A program made the translations under genes and the position numbers. Source: Octopus vulgaris (taxonomy: Eukaryota). Taken from it: DNA of 64,000 nucleotides. Each line of letters starts with the position of its first letter. The stretch's first letter is position 1. The stretch lies in assembly GCA_951406725.2 (NCBI GenBank), contig OX597838.1, forward strand, positions 15,686,001-15,750,000. The letters run 5' to 3'. Positions 1 to 13,519 of the stretch are shown here, one piece after another. Under the pieces are notes generated by a model. It had not been told where the DNA came from and ran no database searches. It saw only the letters and a program-made list of their open reading frames with translations.

Positions 1-34
<34 letters not shown>

Positions 35-159
35 ATATATTACGAAGATGTATTTGCATAGAAAGTGACTTGATATGAGAATACACCGCAGTTACACCGC
101 CGATAGTTGTTGTTGACACACAACGGTAGTAATTTTATTCAGTTGAATACACGTCATTG

Positions 160-345
160 ATTGGTTGAAATTACCGTAATACAACTACTTTAACGTGAAA
201 TTACTTCGTAAATATAAGTTTTTCTAAAAAATGCTAAGAGTAAAAGATGTTTTATATGACACATTCTACCAGTGTCCGAAGTTTGAATGTGTTTACTTAC
301 AAAAAATTATTTTTTAAATCTGTCGGTCAAAAGGTAAAGATCCCC
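160..345. mobile_element. Terminal fragment of a putative non-autonomous DNA transposon (terminus ...AAAGATCCCC); related copy in opposite orientation at ~52980-53117
   Basis: acacattctaccagtgtccgaagtttgaa...aaaggtaaagatcccc resembles the reverse complement of ggatcttttcggtttgaacggcag...aaacttcgtatactggtagaatgtgt at 52980. Confidence 0.4.
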
Positions 346-685
346 GCACTCTAATGACTGAAACAAGTAAAAGATATAAGTTTTTTGAAATTCCACTTCT
401 GTTATTCACTATTTTACAATTTCACAGTATCAAATATTACAATAAAGCTAGGTGGAATGTCCTTATTGTATGGGACCTACTTTCAGCTGAATGGCCAGTG
501 CTGTATGCTCTACATAGTGCCTAGTTATGTATACATAGCAAGATCGAGAGAATGGAAGGAGAAGGATGTAAAGACTAAAAGAGAAATGAAAAAAAGAAAA
601 GAAAAGAATGAATGAATGAATGAAAGGAAGAAGACAAGAAAGAAAACGTAAAAGGAGTGAACGAATGAAAGAAAGAAAGATAGAC

Positions 686-757
<72 letters not shown>

Positions 758-759
<2 letters not shown>

Positions 760-972
760 CTAATGTAGGATAAAATTTTTTTCGAAAAAAAATTTTTTAT
801 CAATGGCCAGCATATCAAAAAATACCATTAAAGATTAAAATTATAAATAACTTATAAAATAAGGGCAAAAGAAAAATTCTAATGCCAAATATGCCGAAAA
901 AAAGACAAAATTGTCAATAACCATTAATGGCATATTTGGCATTAGAATTTTTCTTTTGCCCTTATTTATAAG

Positions 973-976
<4 letters not shown>
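758..976. mobile_element. Fold-back insert in (TA)n; arms 847-895 and 929-976
   Basis: ataacttataaaataagggcaaaagaaaaattctaatgccaaatatgcc followed by its near-perfect reverse complement; (TA)n on both sides. Confidence 0.7.
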
Positions 977-1050
<74 letters not shown>

Positions 1051-1392
1051 GGAGAACAAATACAAAGAAACGCAGGAAGTTCCATGCGGTGATTCAGTCC
1101 GCTTAGTTTTATAAGCACCATGGGGAGGTACACTCCACCTTCATCTAAAATAAAGAATAATTTAAGAGAGTGGATGGGCGTTGTACAATTCACTGCAACC
1201 CCGAAGTGTTGGACGAATCGAGCAAAGTGTTGAGGAAAAGACACTGAGAATTGAATTGCAGTAGTGAGTTCGAATCTTTCGATGTTTGGGTGGCTTTAGT
1301 GGGGATTTAGTTAGGCTGTTGCGATAGGGCATTATATACGAGAAGTATCTTGTGGGATTCCAAATAGTATTAGGTTTAATAGTATATATAAA

Positions 1393-1532
1393 CTTCAAAT
1401 TTTTGCTTAGGTGAACTTTACTTTTCATCTTTTAGAGGTCAATAAAATAAGTACTAGTTGAACATTGGGGTTGATTTAAACGACCTATTTCTTCCCCCTA
1501 ATTGCCGGTCTTGTGCCAAAACTTGAAAGCAA
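1393..1532 (+). mobile_element. SINE family B, degenerate partial copy
   Basis: tttcatcttttagaggtcaataaaataagtactag...ggggttgat...gtgccaaaacttgaaa matches family B core and tail. Confidence 0.6.
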
Positions 1533-2269
1533 TATATATAAAGTTCGAAGTCAAGTAAAATACTCGGGAATTACGGCGTGGGTGGTCACTAAGTTGTCTC
1601 TTTATCCGAGTTATGTGTGCGTGTGTGGAGAGTGGCTGAGAGCGGCGGCGAGTGGCGGAGAATGGCAGATTATACAGAGTAGGGTTTTAATACCTCCCAG
1701 GCCAGGGTATATAGATAGATACTTGGCTGACCCCGACGGGTAACAACTGGGTGCAAATCTTACGGTATCGAATGACAGTAGCCGCTTGTTGCTTAAAAGT
1801 AACCCCAACCACCCCGGTTTTGGTCACCAGGTCCACCTGAACCCGTCCATCTTAATGTGTTCAGCACAAATTTTTGGAGTTGTTGATGGTGGTGGCGCTT
1901 GGCGGGTTTGATTATAGATGGGTGGCTAAGACTCATTCAAATTTTTCGAACGCCTTTCAACGTGCTTTGTTGTTGTTCCTAATGTAGCAGCAACAGCAGC
2001 AGTAGTAGCAGTAGTAGTAGATAACAAAACATGAAAAACACATTACGGAAAAATTAATGCTTTTGCGTACGTATGTATGCATGTATGTGCGAACATACGT
2101 ATATACACACACACATACTACACAAACATACACATATATATGCTTGTATATATATCGACAGATAGATAGATAGTAGTATGCATACGTCTATACTGATATG
2201 TGTATGCATGTGTGTGTGTGTGTGTGTGCGTGTGCGTGCGTGTGTGCGTGTGTGCATGTGTGTGTGTGT

Positions 2270-2306
<37 letters not shown>

Positions 2307-2801
2307 AAGAGTAAACGAAGAGGAGTTAAAAATGTACTGAAAGACGACGAGACTAATACTTAGAGACAAATATCACGGCAACCCATTATAACTTTAAGGT
2401 TAATCATGTCTTTCTTCATCCTTTTAGCTGTTTCAGTGATTAGAGTGTGGCCATATATGATTCTGCCATAAAGATACTGGTTTCAATATGATACTGAACT
2501 CTATTGGACACCGTTAAAAACGTTTATATTCATTTCACTCCTTTCAATGATTTTCAACATGTAAATTAAAATCTGGAGATGTACTTGCATAGCAAGTGAT
2601 TTGATCTGAGATCGTGTGCTGAAACGAAAACAATTGCAGCGTGGAAGGTGTTTGTAAGCCATTTAAGAAATACACAAAAGCCGTTCGATTCACTTCAACA
2701 TTTAAGTTTAATTTGTCAAAATATTTTCGTCACTTAAGACCGCGATCTGTTCACTGACAAAAATCCGTGCTGCATCTGAGAAAGTAATAGTTTGTTCGTT
2801 A

Positions 2802-3040
2802 TATATATGTACGTATGTATGTGTGTATGTATGTATGCACGCATGTATGTATGCATGTATGTATGTATGTATGTATGTATGTATGTATGTATGTATGTAT
2901 ATATATGTATGTATGTATGTATGTACGTATGTATGTATGTACGTACGTACGCATGTGTGTATGTATGTATGTGTGTATGTATGTATGTATGTATGTATGT
3001 ATGTATGTATGTATGTATGTATGTATGTATGTGTGTATAT
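2802..3040. repeat. (TATG)n microsatellite
   Basis: Directly visible tandem repeat. Confidence 0.95.
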
Positions 3041-3319
3041 GCACGCACACACGCACACAAATTAAAATCTGTTTCTGTCTAATATAGACTCGTTTTGTAT
3101 CAGAAACTGAAAGCGAGAAAAGAAAATTTAGAAGAGGTACGGTATATTGCGTAAAAGTGTGAGGTAATTGTGTAAAGTACATTATTCTCTGTGGAGCTAA
3201 AATCTGGACCGCGAAGAAGGAGCTACACTTTTCCCCATCTTGTGTCGTGAGTACAAAACTAAAGAATATGGTTTGATATCACGTATCTTGCTTTCTGTAA
3301 TCGTTTTAAGTGTATATAT

Positions 3320-3670
3320 CAGTGGTTCTCAACCGGGGTCCACATGGCCCCTGGTGGTCCATATAAGATTTTTTGGAGTCCACGCAACAAAATAGTATAT
3401 TGAGCGATCGACAATAGTATTTTAAGGGTCCCTGAAAAAAGTTTACTTTAGATGCATGTATTGGTATGTATTGCAAGAAACAGCTAGGTTTCTTTCTCTA
3501 GCATTTTACAAATTGCAGCCTACACAAGTTAATGCAAGAAAGGCAAAATAAGGAACTTTGAAAGATGTTTCTATAAAACTAGTTTTTAAACATTGAATGG
3601 CTATGAGTGTCCACCAGAATAAGATTATAATTGAAGGAGCACATAGATAGAAAATGGCTGAGAACCGCTT
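3320..3670. mobile_element. hAT (Charlie-like) MITE
   Basis: TIR cagtggttctcaacc ... ggctgagaaccgctt; degenerate 8-bp TSD gtatatat/gtctatgt; related copy at 42780-43034. Confidence 0.75.
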
Positions 3671-3689
3671 GTCTATGTAGACATATTTA

Positions 3690-3897
3690 TTAGTTTCAAA
3701 TTTCAGCACAAGGCCAGCAATTCCAAGGAAGGATAAGTCGATTACACCAACACCCGTGCTCAACTCATACTTCTTTTATCGACTCCCTAAAAGAGGAAAG
3801 GCAAATCTGACCTCGGCGGAATTTGAACTCAGAACGTAATGGACGAAATGTCGCTAAATAGTTTTCCCACCGTGCTAACGATTTTACCAGCTGACCG
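3690..3897 (-). mobile_element. SINE family B
   Basis: gacctcggcggaatttgaactcagaacgta (reverse B-box region) plus family core. Confidence 0.75.
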
Positions 3898-3899
3898 TG

Positions 3900-3958
3900 G
3901 TAGTCACGATGAAATATTAATGACTGAGAAGTAGTAATCATATTGATGCAGCAGCAGC

Positions 3959-3993
<35 letters not shown>

Positions 3994-4246
3994 TAGTAGT
4001 GCTATGTCTACCAATACCACTCGCTGCAATTTGATTGGTCGTTTGACGACTTCCCAGTGTGTCTTTGATCATTTTCTTTATGTTTTTTTTTCTTTCTTTA
4101 TCTTTTGTTTTGTTTTAGTTTGGCATTCTTTAAAAAACTTATTGTTTCAAGTTCTCTAAAGTTTCCCAAATACCAAACACGCACTCTCTCTCTCTCTTTC
4201 TCTCTCATTCTTTCTCCTTCCATCTTAATTTCTCTCTCTAAATATT

Positions 4247-4310
<64 letters not shown>

Positions 4311-4650
4311 CGTATGTACATATGCATGTATATGCGTGCGTGTACATTGTTCCGTAGATATCAACCTTTTATTTACGGAAACGTGAGAACGTTCATCTGT
4401 GCATGTGTGGATATGTGTGTGTATGTGTAGTAATGTGTCTATGTATGTTTATGCGTATATTTTGCAAGTGCATAAACGCAGTTTATATATGGACGTTAAT
4501 ATAACCATATCTAAGCTAATATATCCATATTTATGCATGCACATTGGTGTGAACAAGTATGAATGTGTGTGTGTGAGGGGGGAGGTATGCGCGCGCGCGT
4601 GTGCGAGAGAGAAATATATGTATGTATATATTATATATGCGTATATAAAC
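3900..4650 (+). repeat. Copy 1 of an old local duplication (copy 2 at ~8400-9430)
   Basis: Collinear blocks: (GTA)n, gattggtcgtttgacgacttcccagt, tttggcatt...attgtttcaagttctct, gatatcaacctttta, tgcaagtgcat, atccatatttatgcatg. Confidence 0.8.
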
Positions 4651-4977
4651 AAAAGTCTTAAAGTGACTTTTGGCCTAAACGTCCTTTAACAATACGTTCC
4701 AATGTTTTTATCTGAAGTACACAACACTTTGTAAGCACACTCTTCTTACTAATACAAACGCACACACACACACACACACACACATACACACACACACATA
4801 CACACACACACATACGTACACTCCCCAAAACGTCGACACACAGACAGAAGTGTAACAATCTATGTATGCTGCAGCTCTCCTTATTGTAGTCAATAAAGCT
4901 GTTTATTTTGTGCATGTAACTCCTGCTTTCGAAATCGCTGGGCCAGACTGAAATCAAACTGAAACCTGACCCCAGGG

Positions 4978-5053
<76 letters not shown>

Positions 5054-5071
5054 GTGTTTGTGTCTGTACAC

Positions 5072-5272
5072 CAGTGGTTTTCAACCAGGGTTCCGCCAGT
5101 AGAGTCCAGGGGTTCCGCAAGAAGTTACAAAACTGCTAAAATCGGCAGTAATTTTTAATTCTCCTGTGCAGATATGTGTGCATAAGACTATTAAATTATT
5201 GCACAGAGGTTCCTCGAGCCAGTGGAATGTTTCCTTGGGGTTCCGCTCCAACAAAAAGTTTGAAAAGCACTG
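5072..5272. mobile_element. hAT MITE (201 bp) with perfect 8-bp TSD
   Basis: TIR cagtggttttcaacc / tttgaaaagcactg; TSD ctgtacac at 5064-5071 and 5273-5280. Confidence 0.9.
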
Positions 5273-5782
5273 CTGTACACAGATATGACAAAAGAAACGA
5301 TGTAAATATTTTGAGTTCCATTACTGATGTGAATAAGTTAGGGAAATGTTTGTATCCTTTATGTTTGAAATCTATGCGGTCATCTAACGAGAACGGTTTC
5401 TTTCAAATGATACAATGTTTTCATTAGTCAATTCAAGGAGTCGCTTGAAACGGCCGTAATGAATTGATACTTGTACATTTTTGTTACTCATTTATATTTT
5501 ATTCACTTAACTTGGAATCTGCGCTTTGGAAATACTAAAGAAAGTACCTTTATAAAAAGTACATGTCTGAATTACCAAGAGCGGATATCTTCACTTAGCT
5601 GGGTTGCGTTGTCTGCACACTGTAGGAATAACAGGTACAAACACCCCTGCGCGTAGTCTTGATATTCAATATTCAACTAATATTGTTTGGGTGTGCGGAT
5701 TATACCGACCTAGCAAGGTGCCTCAATTTAAGTACCTAATTCAACAGAATCCTAATTACATATATATATATATATATATATA

Positions 5783-5968
5783 TAAGTTCAGCAAAATTTA
5801 GATTCAGATGAATATGGTACTTAAGTTGAAGGCACCATAATTTTGTATGGTATTATCCATATAAATCAAATGGGGTGATTATAATCAAAATAAGCAACAT
5901 GGATGTCCAAGGTAGAGTTGTTTTGTACTACTCTACCTTGGACATCTTTGTTGCTTATTTTGATTATA
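5783..5968. mobile_element. Fold-back insert in (TA)n, Penelope-like terminus family; arms 5880-5918 and 5930-5968
   Basis: Inverted arms; homologous to 58830-58975 (opposite orientation) and to the sequence following the hammerhead core at 32609. Confidence 0.7.
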
Positions 5969-6000
5969 TATATATATATATATATATACATACATACATA

Positions 6001-6159
6001 AAATTCAAATTAAGCAGAAAATGGAGAAATCTTGATCAATAACAACTGACTAACATCGTTTATTATTTTTTAATACAAAACTTTATTAAAAAATAATAAT
6101 CGATGTTAGTCAATTGTCGTTGATCAAGATTTCTCCATTTTCTGCTAAACTGAAATTTG
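6001..6159. mobile_element. Fold-back element; arms ~6001-6072 and ~6088-6159
   Basis: agcagaaaatggagaaatcttgatcaa...gactaacatcg and its reverse complement, adjacent to TA/TACA tract. Confidence 0.65.
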
Positions 6160-6489
6160 ATTCCCGATGAACTCATGTTTACCTGTATCCTATGAGCATA
6201 ATATGCTTGCATATGTATGCCCGGGGTTAACATAGGTAATTATACCGGTAGTAAAACAGTAAATCCAAAATTGGTTAAATTGAAAGTGAACTAAAAAAAT
6301 ATCGATGAACGTAAACAAAATGAATGGTAAGAAGAAATATAATATTTCAAGAAAAGCTTGTTTGGTATTCAACTTTTGGTGGCGTCAATGGATAACGAAA
6401 AAATGAAAAATAAGCATATGAATTCTACGTTGTGACAATTAGAAACATAAAGATTCTACGTCACGATAATTATCTATTAAATATGTTAA

Positions 6490-6530
<41 letters not shown>

Positions 6531-6617
6531 TAATAAATAAAATATATGCATACATACAAACATATATGTACGTACCTACATCTACATGTATATATACATG
6601 CATATATAAATATATAT

Positions 6618-6810
6618 ACGTGAGTACAGGACACCACAACTAGACGTAGAACTCAACGAGAAACGAAAACGGAAAAACCAATTTTTTTACAACAGAAAAA
6701 CAGAGTACAGGACATACTACACAAAGAAAAATCCCCTATCATCAGCTGTCACTAGTTCGACTCCAGCGTGTTTCGAAGGCAAGACAGGACACGACTCGCC
6801 AAACTATCCC
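6618..6810 (-). mobile_element. Penelope-like terminal repeat fragment (related to 10790-11120)
   Basis: Reverse strand reads ...cttcgaaacacgctggag...cagctgatgatagggg...ctttgtgtagtatgtcctg, similar to 10965-11110; ends at TA-rich tract. Confidence 0.45.
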
Positions 6811-7434
6811 ATCGCTTGAGTGTTGTCCTAAACATGATCAACACGAATGTGATTTTCATTTCTGCTAGAAATCTACACAATTTTGCACAGATATGACAAC
6901 AATGTGTTCCTTTTGCAATAGCTGTTCAGAGAGCTTACCTTCCACACTGACACTTCACTTCTTCATAGAATTTTCCATAGAGTGTTTTGGATTTTTCGGG
7001 TGCGAACTGTCTTTAAGTATGCAAACATAATAATTAAAAATCAAACAAAGCCTGTGCCTGAAACTTTCAAAAGTTCCCTTACGTTAGAAAGCTCCAGGAA
7101 ACATCTTGGACAGAGTCAATCCTACTCTTTAAACGTATGTATTTGTCAAAAAAGAACTAGGCTGCAACATTAGATGCAAGCGAAATTGCAGGTATTACAT
7201 ACAGCTTGCCTTCTACAGAAATGTCTAAACAAAAACTAGGGGTTCTCCCTCCCAGCATGTTTAGTTGCCGACAGTGTGACAATTTGTACTGAGTTACTTA
7301 TAACCCGTAGTACTATTTACACATTGATTTTAACATTAAACGACACACCCGATACAATACATCCTTTTATTTCTACATTTGTATAAACACCATTACAAAA
7401 GATCCTGTTTAAACTGTAAATAATTTACATATTT

Positions 7435-7930
<496 letters not shown>

Positions 7931-8186
7931 GAACATAAATTCTGGAAAGTTATTTTAAAATAAGTTTTTAAAAGAATTGTTATTTTTTTGCTGAAAAAAT
8001 GAATTTCAGAGAAGTTTTAGAAACTTTTATGGACCTTTGAGAATTTTTAAAGAATTTTAGGAATAAGATTTTAGAAAGAATTTTTTGAAAAATATTCGAA
8101 CGAAATTTTAACGACCCCGTTTCACCAAAATGATTTTTACTTCACCGTATACTTCAAGAATTATCCCTTAATAATTACGAGTACAT

Positions 8187-8400
8187 AAGGCGGTGAACTG
8201 GCAGAGTCGTTAGCACGCCGGGAAAATGCTTAGCGGCATTTAGTCCGTCTTTACGTTCTGAGTTCAAATTCCGCCGAGGTCTACTTTGTTTTTCATCCTT
8301 TCGGGGTCGATAAAAGAAGTACCAGTTAAGCACTAGTGCCGATGTAATCAACTTACACTCCTCCGAAGTTGCTGGCCTTGTGCCAAAATTTGAAACCATT
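8187..8400 (+). mobile_element. SINE family B, full length
   Basis: aggcggtgaactggcagagtcgttagc (A-box-like), gagttcaaattcc (B box), tttcatcctttcggggtcgataaaagaagtaccag core. Confidence 0.85.
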
Positions 8401-8453
8401 ACTAATGATTATGTATTGACCTCGATGTAGTATTAATGATATTGGTGATGGAG

Positions 8454-8491
<38 letters not shown>

Positions 8492-8659
8492 GTTATGTCT
8501 ACCCGTACCTCTTTTGTCAATCCGATTGGTCGTTTGACGACTTCCCAGTCTGAGTTTGATAATTTTCTTCGTATTTTCTTTTTTATCTTTTTTGTTTTAA
8601 TTTGGCATTCCTTAAAAAATTATTGTTTCAAGTTCTCTTAAGTTCCCCAAATGGCTGTC

Positions 8660-8714
<55 letters not shown>

Positions 8715-8834
8715 GTCACTCCCCTCTCGCATCTTTCTGTCACTCCCCTCTCGCTTTTCCTCGCTTGTTCTCTCTCCTTGTATGTATGTATGTATGTATG
8801 TATGTATGTATGTATGTATGTATGTATGTATGTA

Positions 8835-8865
<31 letters not shown>

Positions 8866-8898
8866 ATGCATGCATGTATGTATGTATGTATGTATGTA

Positions 8899-8929
<31 letters not shown>

Positions 8930-8986
8930 ATGTATGTATGTTTGTATGTATGTATGTATGTATGTATGTATGTATGTATGTATGTA

Positions 8987-9019
<33 letters not shown>

Positions 9020-9430
9020 ATGTTTGTATGTATGTATGTATGTATGTATGTGTATAGAATGTTCAACTGATATCAACCTTTTATTATTACAAACATGTGA
9101 ATGTTCATGTGGTATATACGTACATACACACACACACACAAACACACATATACATTTGTGTTTTGTATGTGTGTGTGTATGGTATGTGCCTATGTATATG
9201 CATATATTATGCAAGTGCATGAACAGTTATTTATATAGAGAGGTTAATATCACCACATTTGAGCTTATATGTGTGTGTGTATCCATATTTATGCATGTGC
9301 ATAAGTGTGAACATGTATTAATATGTGTGTGGGGGGAAGAGAGAGAAACGGAGACAGAGACAGACAGACATACAGATAGAAAAGACAGAGAGAGAGAGAG
9401 AAAAATATACGTATGTGTATATATTATATG
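8400..9430 (+). repeat. Copy 2 of local duplication, with expanded (TATG)n at 8778-9052
   Basis: Collinear with 3900-4650. Confidence 0.8.
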
Positions 9431-9436
9431 TGTGAG

Positions 9437-9599
9437 ATGCAGGAGTGGGTGTGTGGTAAATAGTTTGTTTACAAACCACATGGTTCCGGATTCAGTCCCA
9501 CTGCGTAGCACCTCGGGCATGTGTCTTCTACTATAGCCTCGAGCCGAGCAATTCTTTGTGAGTGGATTTGGTAGACGGAAACTGAAAGAAGCCCGTCGT

Positions 9600-9645
<46 letters not shown>

Positions 9646-9819
9646 GTATCACTAGCGATTTTTTCCCCTGTCTTCCCTTCTCGGGATCTTTCCTTCTCCT
9701 ATGTTTCCGACGAAGAGCTCTGCTCGAAACGTCAAACCCTCCTCTTCTCTTCTTTCCTGAGCGTCCAATAATACTTTATTTGTTCCACGTCCTTGCGTTG
9801 TTGTTTTCTTGTTGGATTA

Positions 9820-9859
<40 letters not shown>

Positions 9860-9888
9860 TGTGTGTTTGTGTGTCTATGTTTGTCCCT
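9437..9888 (+). mobile_element. SINE family A interrupted in its internal (TA)n by a hammerhead-bearing element
   Basis: Head 9437-9600 (caggagtgggtgtgtggtaa...ggattcagtcccactgcg...gacggaaactgaaagaagcccgtcg); tail start gtgtctatgtttgtccct resumes at ~9870. Confidence 0.75.
9703..9737 (+). ncRNA. Minimal hammerhead-like ribozyme core, family HH1 (element ~9650-9825)
   Basis: GTTT-CCGACGA-A-GAGC-tct-GCTC-GAAAC-GTC-AAAC: helix I GTTT/AAAC, helix II GAGC/GCTC, GUC triplet; non-canonical C at core position U4. Confidence 0.6.
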
Positions 9889-9897
9889 ATGATTGTC

Positions 9898-10095
9898 TCC
9901 CTGCCGTAAGGCTTTACTTCTATACACGCCACCTTAATTTAATTCGTCATTAGTCGAAAGACACGTGTTGTTATGTCCTGTTATTTGCATTTGTGTAATA
10001 TTCTCCGTTTTTTTTTTTCGTCCTTGTTTTCTTCCAAGGAATCTAATGCTCTTAACTGGAGCTGGCCAGATTGGCACAATCTCGAGTATAACCCG
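9898..10095 (-). mobile_element. Fragment of the repeat family seen at 19310-19540 and 53120-53400 (putative Penelope-like)
   Basis: Reverse complement of ttatactcgagattgctccaatctggccagc...cattagattccttggaagaaa...ctttcgactaa...aaagccttacggcagg. Confidence 0.65.
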
Positions 10096-10457
10096 CCTAT
10101 TATGGAACTGCTAACCACTATTGTTTTTGACTTTGGATGCTCTTAAGTTATTCGACGAACTAGTAACACCTTTAAACTTCTCTACATCATGATCTGAAGC
10201 ATAAGATTTTTTTCTACTCTGATAACGGAGGCTCGATTTATCCAATGTTTATTTGCTTCCATTACTGGCTGCATATTTTTGTGAACTGCATCTACCAACA
10301 GCTGTTGGACTTATAACACTTTACTTCTTCCCCTTTAATTTTCTGTCTCGTTTGTATTCTGAGTAAGTTTGGTCTATTAATATATAAATATCTATATATT
10401 TATACTTAAATATTCATCATCTAAACAACTTCAGTCTTTTATTTTCTTTCTCTTTGC

Positions 10458-10518
<61 letters not shown>

Positions 10519-10586
10519 ATATCAAACCCAAGCTGTTATATTTAATTTGTTTATCCGCATGATTCGTTATGATATGCAGCATGCGC

Positions 10587-10631
10587 CTGATGAATATGCT
10601 AGAAGTATTTCGCGACATGTGAAACTGTTAG
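10587..10631 (+). ncRNA. Hammerhead-like core
   Basis: CTGATGA-ATATG-(loop)-CATGT-GAAAC-tGTTA; lies between TA tracts. Confidence 0.4.
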
Positions 10632-10789
10632 AAGTACATAAAAACATGCATTGTGTCTATTAAATAAAATTTATCTCCCACCAGATGGAGTACTTTTTTG
10701 TTGATCTTACCATGGAACAGTACAATATATATATATGTATATGATGAGCTTCTTTCAGTTTCCGTCTACCAAAGCTACTCACGAAAATC

Positions 10790-11640
10790 GTTCGCTATTT
10801 TCCCCTCGTCCTGGTCTAAGGACTCTCCATATTTGTTTTCATTCAGTTTCCTTGTATGTCTCCACAGTCCTGTTTTTATTCCCAACTTTGACCCTCCATA
10901 AATCCCAAATTTTATTTTGGTATTTATGGGAGAAACTGTCTTCGAAGATTCATATTGTCGTTGAATGCTCGAAATGAGGAGTAGATAGACAGCCGACAAC
11001 TGATGAAGGATCGTTCTTTGTGTTACTTGTCTTGTTTTCCATTTTTTCTCTCGTTGTTTGCGCATTTAACTCATTTGTTTTTGTATTTCATGTTGTTGGT
11101 GACGTCCTCTACCCATATATGCATAATTATATGTGTGTGTGTGTACGTGTGTATATGTATATATATATTATTTATATTATTATTTAATTGAACGTCAGCA
11201 TCCATTTCCAACTAAGTTTATCTTAACCCTTTTGATGCAATTCTGTACTGTTTTCTCTCCTATCCTTCTCTAATTCTCCTTTTCTCCCTTCATCATTTTC
11301 TATCTGTCTCTTTCTCTCCCTCCTCCTCTTTCTATTTCTCTATCTCTCTCTCGTTGCTCACACGTGGCCATCGTCCATCTTTCTTTTCCTTCACGACGTC
11401 CTAAGCACAGGACGTCTTCTGTCTCTCTCTTCTATCTGTTCTCTTTTCAAAGAAAATATTTCTCCCAGCGTTCGCTATTTTCCGTTTGTTTTGTTTGGTT
11501 TCCTTGCATGTCTCCACTGTTTTTGTTACCAACTTGGACCTTCCATAAATCGAAAATTTTATTTTGGTATTTATGGGAGTAACTATCTTCGAAGACTAAT
11601 ATTGTCGTTGAATGCTTGAAATGAGGAGTAGATAGACACA
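10790..11640 (+). mobile_element. Two direct-repeat copies (10790-11120 and 11468-11640) of a Penelope-like terminal repeat
   Basis: cgttcgctattttcc...ccataaatc...aattttattttggtatttatgggag...cttcgaaga...attgtcgttgaatgct.gaaatgaggagtagatagaca occurs twice. Confidence 0.6.
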
Positions 11641-12247
11641 TTCCGGCCTTGACCGTCTCGTCTTTTTTTTTTGTATGGAAGTAAGTAACCTAGGGCCACA
11701 TCGCGTGGTGTATAATATTTTGGAGAACTGGCTGTTATTTCTGATAGGGAGAGGGACATGTATCTCTCTCTTCTATCTTTTCTCTTTGGCTCGAGGTTGT
11801 AGATTACGAATGGGTGTTTGTGCTGGTTCATTTCAGTGGTCGTTGTAGTAGAGGTGGAGGTGGTTACTGTTATGGCTGTGGTTGTAGTAGTGATGTGCCA
11901 AATATACAAGGGGTTAAAGGTTTTATGAGTCAGGTGTTGATGGAGTTTGTGACGGATGGTGATGGTAGTGAGTGAAGAGGTGGTATTTATTGGTTGTCGT
12001 GGTGGTGATAGAGGTACAAGCTGAATGTATGTGGGGTGGGCAGCCATGGTCTTTAGCGGGAGTAGTAGGAGTGGTAGTATTAATAATTGCAGCGATGTGG
12101 TGGACGTAGTACTGACGGGGGTGGGAGGTGTATAATCATGATAATGGTGGGGGCGATGATAAACGTTGAAGCGGTGAGATTGGAGACAAAGGTGATGGAC
12201 GGGGGTAATCGAGAGTGGAGAATTACAGTTGGGATGCTTGTAGCGGT

Positions 12248-12400
12248 GGCGGCGGCGGGTTGTGGTGTTGGCGGCGGCGGGTTGTGGTGTTGGCGGTGGC
12301 GGGTTGTGGTGTTGGCGGCGGCGGGTTGTGGTGTTGGCGGCGGCAGGTTGTGGTGTTGGCGGCGGTGGGTTGTGGTGTTGGCGGTGGTGGTGTTGGTGTT
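12248..12400 (+). repeat. GC-rich 22-bp minisatellite (ggcggcggcgggttgtggtgtt) x ~6.5
   Basis: Directly visible tandem units. Confidence 0.9.
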
Positions 12401-12501
12401 AGAAGACTATTTTAGTGGTAGCGGTGACGGTGTAAGTGGTGAAGGTGTAGGCGGTGGTGGTAGTGGTGATTGTAGTGGTAGTGGTGCATATGTATGTGTG
12501 A

Positions 12502-12536
<35 letters not shown>

Positions 12537-12849
12537 CATGTGTGTTGTATTTATATTTAGACAAGTATGTGTTATGGGATTAGGATGAGGAGTATGGGCC
12601 CACGCCAGGTTTAGCGTCGTGGTATTGAAGGGAGGGTATGTGGATACTACTATCACCATCACCGCCATCACCAACATCACCAACATCACCAACATCACCG
12701 TCATCATCATCACCATCATCCTCACCGCCGCTGACACCACTAAATATTTACCAAATAACCTTTGACATTCATTTGTTAAACCCCCACATCTTCGTGATAC
12801 CAAAGGGAAACAAATAGCGCTTGAGTCTGTGTGTGTGTAGTCTGTGTGT

Positions 12850-12894
<45 letters not shown>

Positions 12895-13313
12895 AATGCG
12901 TTTTTATGTGTATGTGTATGTGTGTGTGTGTATGTGCACGTGTGCATACGTGCGTACGGGCGAGTGTCTGTAATGTGCATGTGTGCGTGCGAGTGTATGT
13001 GTATACATATATACACACGCATATATACACCTACATTCACATCTCTATAGTTATCCATTATTGTCTCACTCATCTTCTCTCTCTCACGCTCTCACTCTCT
13101 CTATCTATCTCTTTCTCTCCTTACATACAAACACATGTCTGTTCAGTCGTTTGTGTGTTCTTCGATTTTAGCGAAGACACCTTCTACCAGTACATTATGA
13201 GAATTTCGACTATTGTACTTTTAAGCAAACGCCTTCTCACCTTTTATTTTTATTTTTGGGCACGGGAACTCTGAAAACTGAAAAAATTTGTTGACTATTG
13301 TATCATAATGAAT

Positions 13314-13455
13314 GACCTGGACGCTGCAGGCTTCCTTTCTCAGCTCGATCCAGCGAGGCTAGACCGAAGGGACGATAAAAGGCCTAATGGTATGACAATT
13401 TTCCTGTTCCGTAGCGGTCGGCCCGTCATCTGGGATGCCACATGCTGTAACACTG
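13314..13455 (+). pseudogene. RLE endonuclease fragment of a CRE-like non-LTR retrotransposon
   Basis: LDAAGFLSQLDPARLDRRDDKRPNGMTIFLFRSGRPVIWDATCCNT fits the LEPxGLxRxDGKRPDGxTxxPWxxGxxLxWDxTCxDT pattern of PD-(D/E)xK RLE domains. Confidence 0.7.
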
Positions 13456-13519
13456 CATTAGCGGCAATTTGGCGTGTTCAGCAATTTGGCGTGTGTGTGT
13501 GTGTGGGGAGGTGTATGTA

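Noticed and set aside
6810-7310. Cys-rich minus-strand patch suggestive of a piggyBac C-terminus
   Set aside because: Multiple stops; no catalytic motifs or TTAA/TIR found
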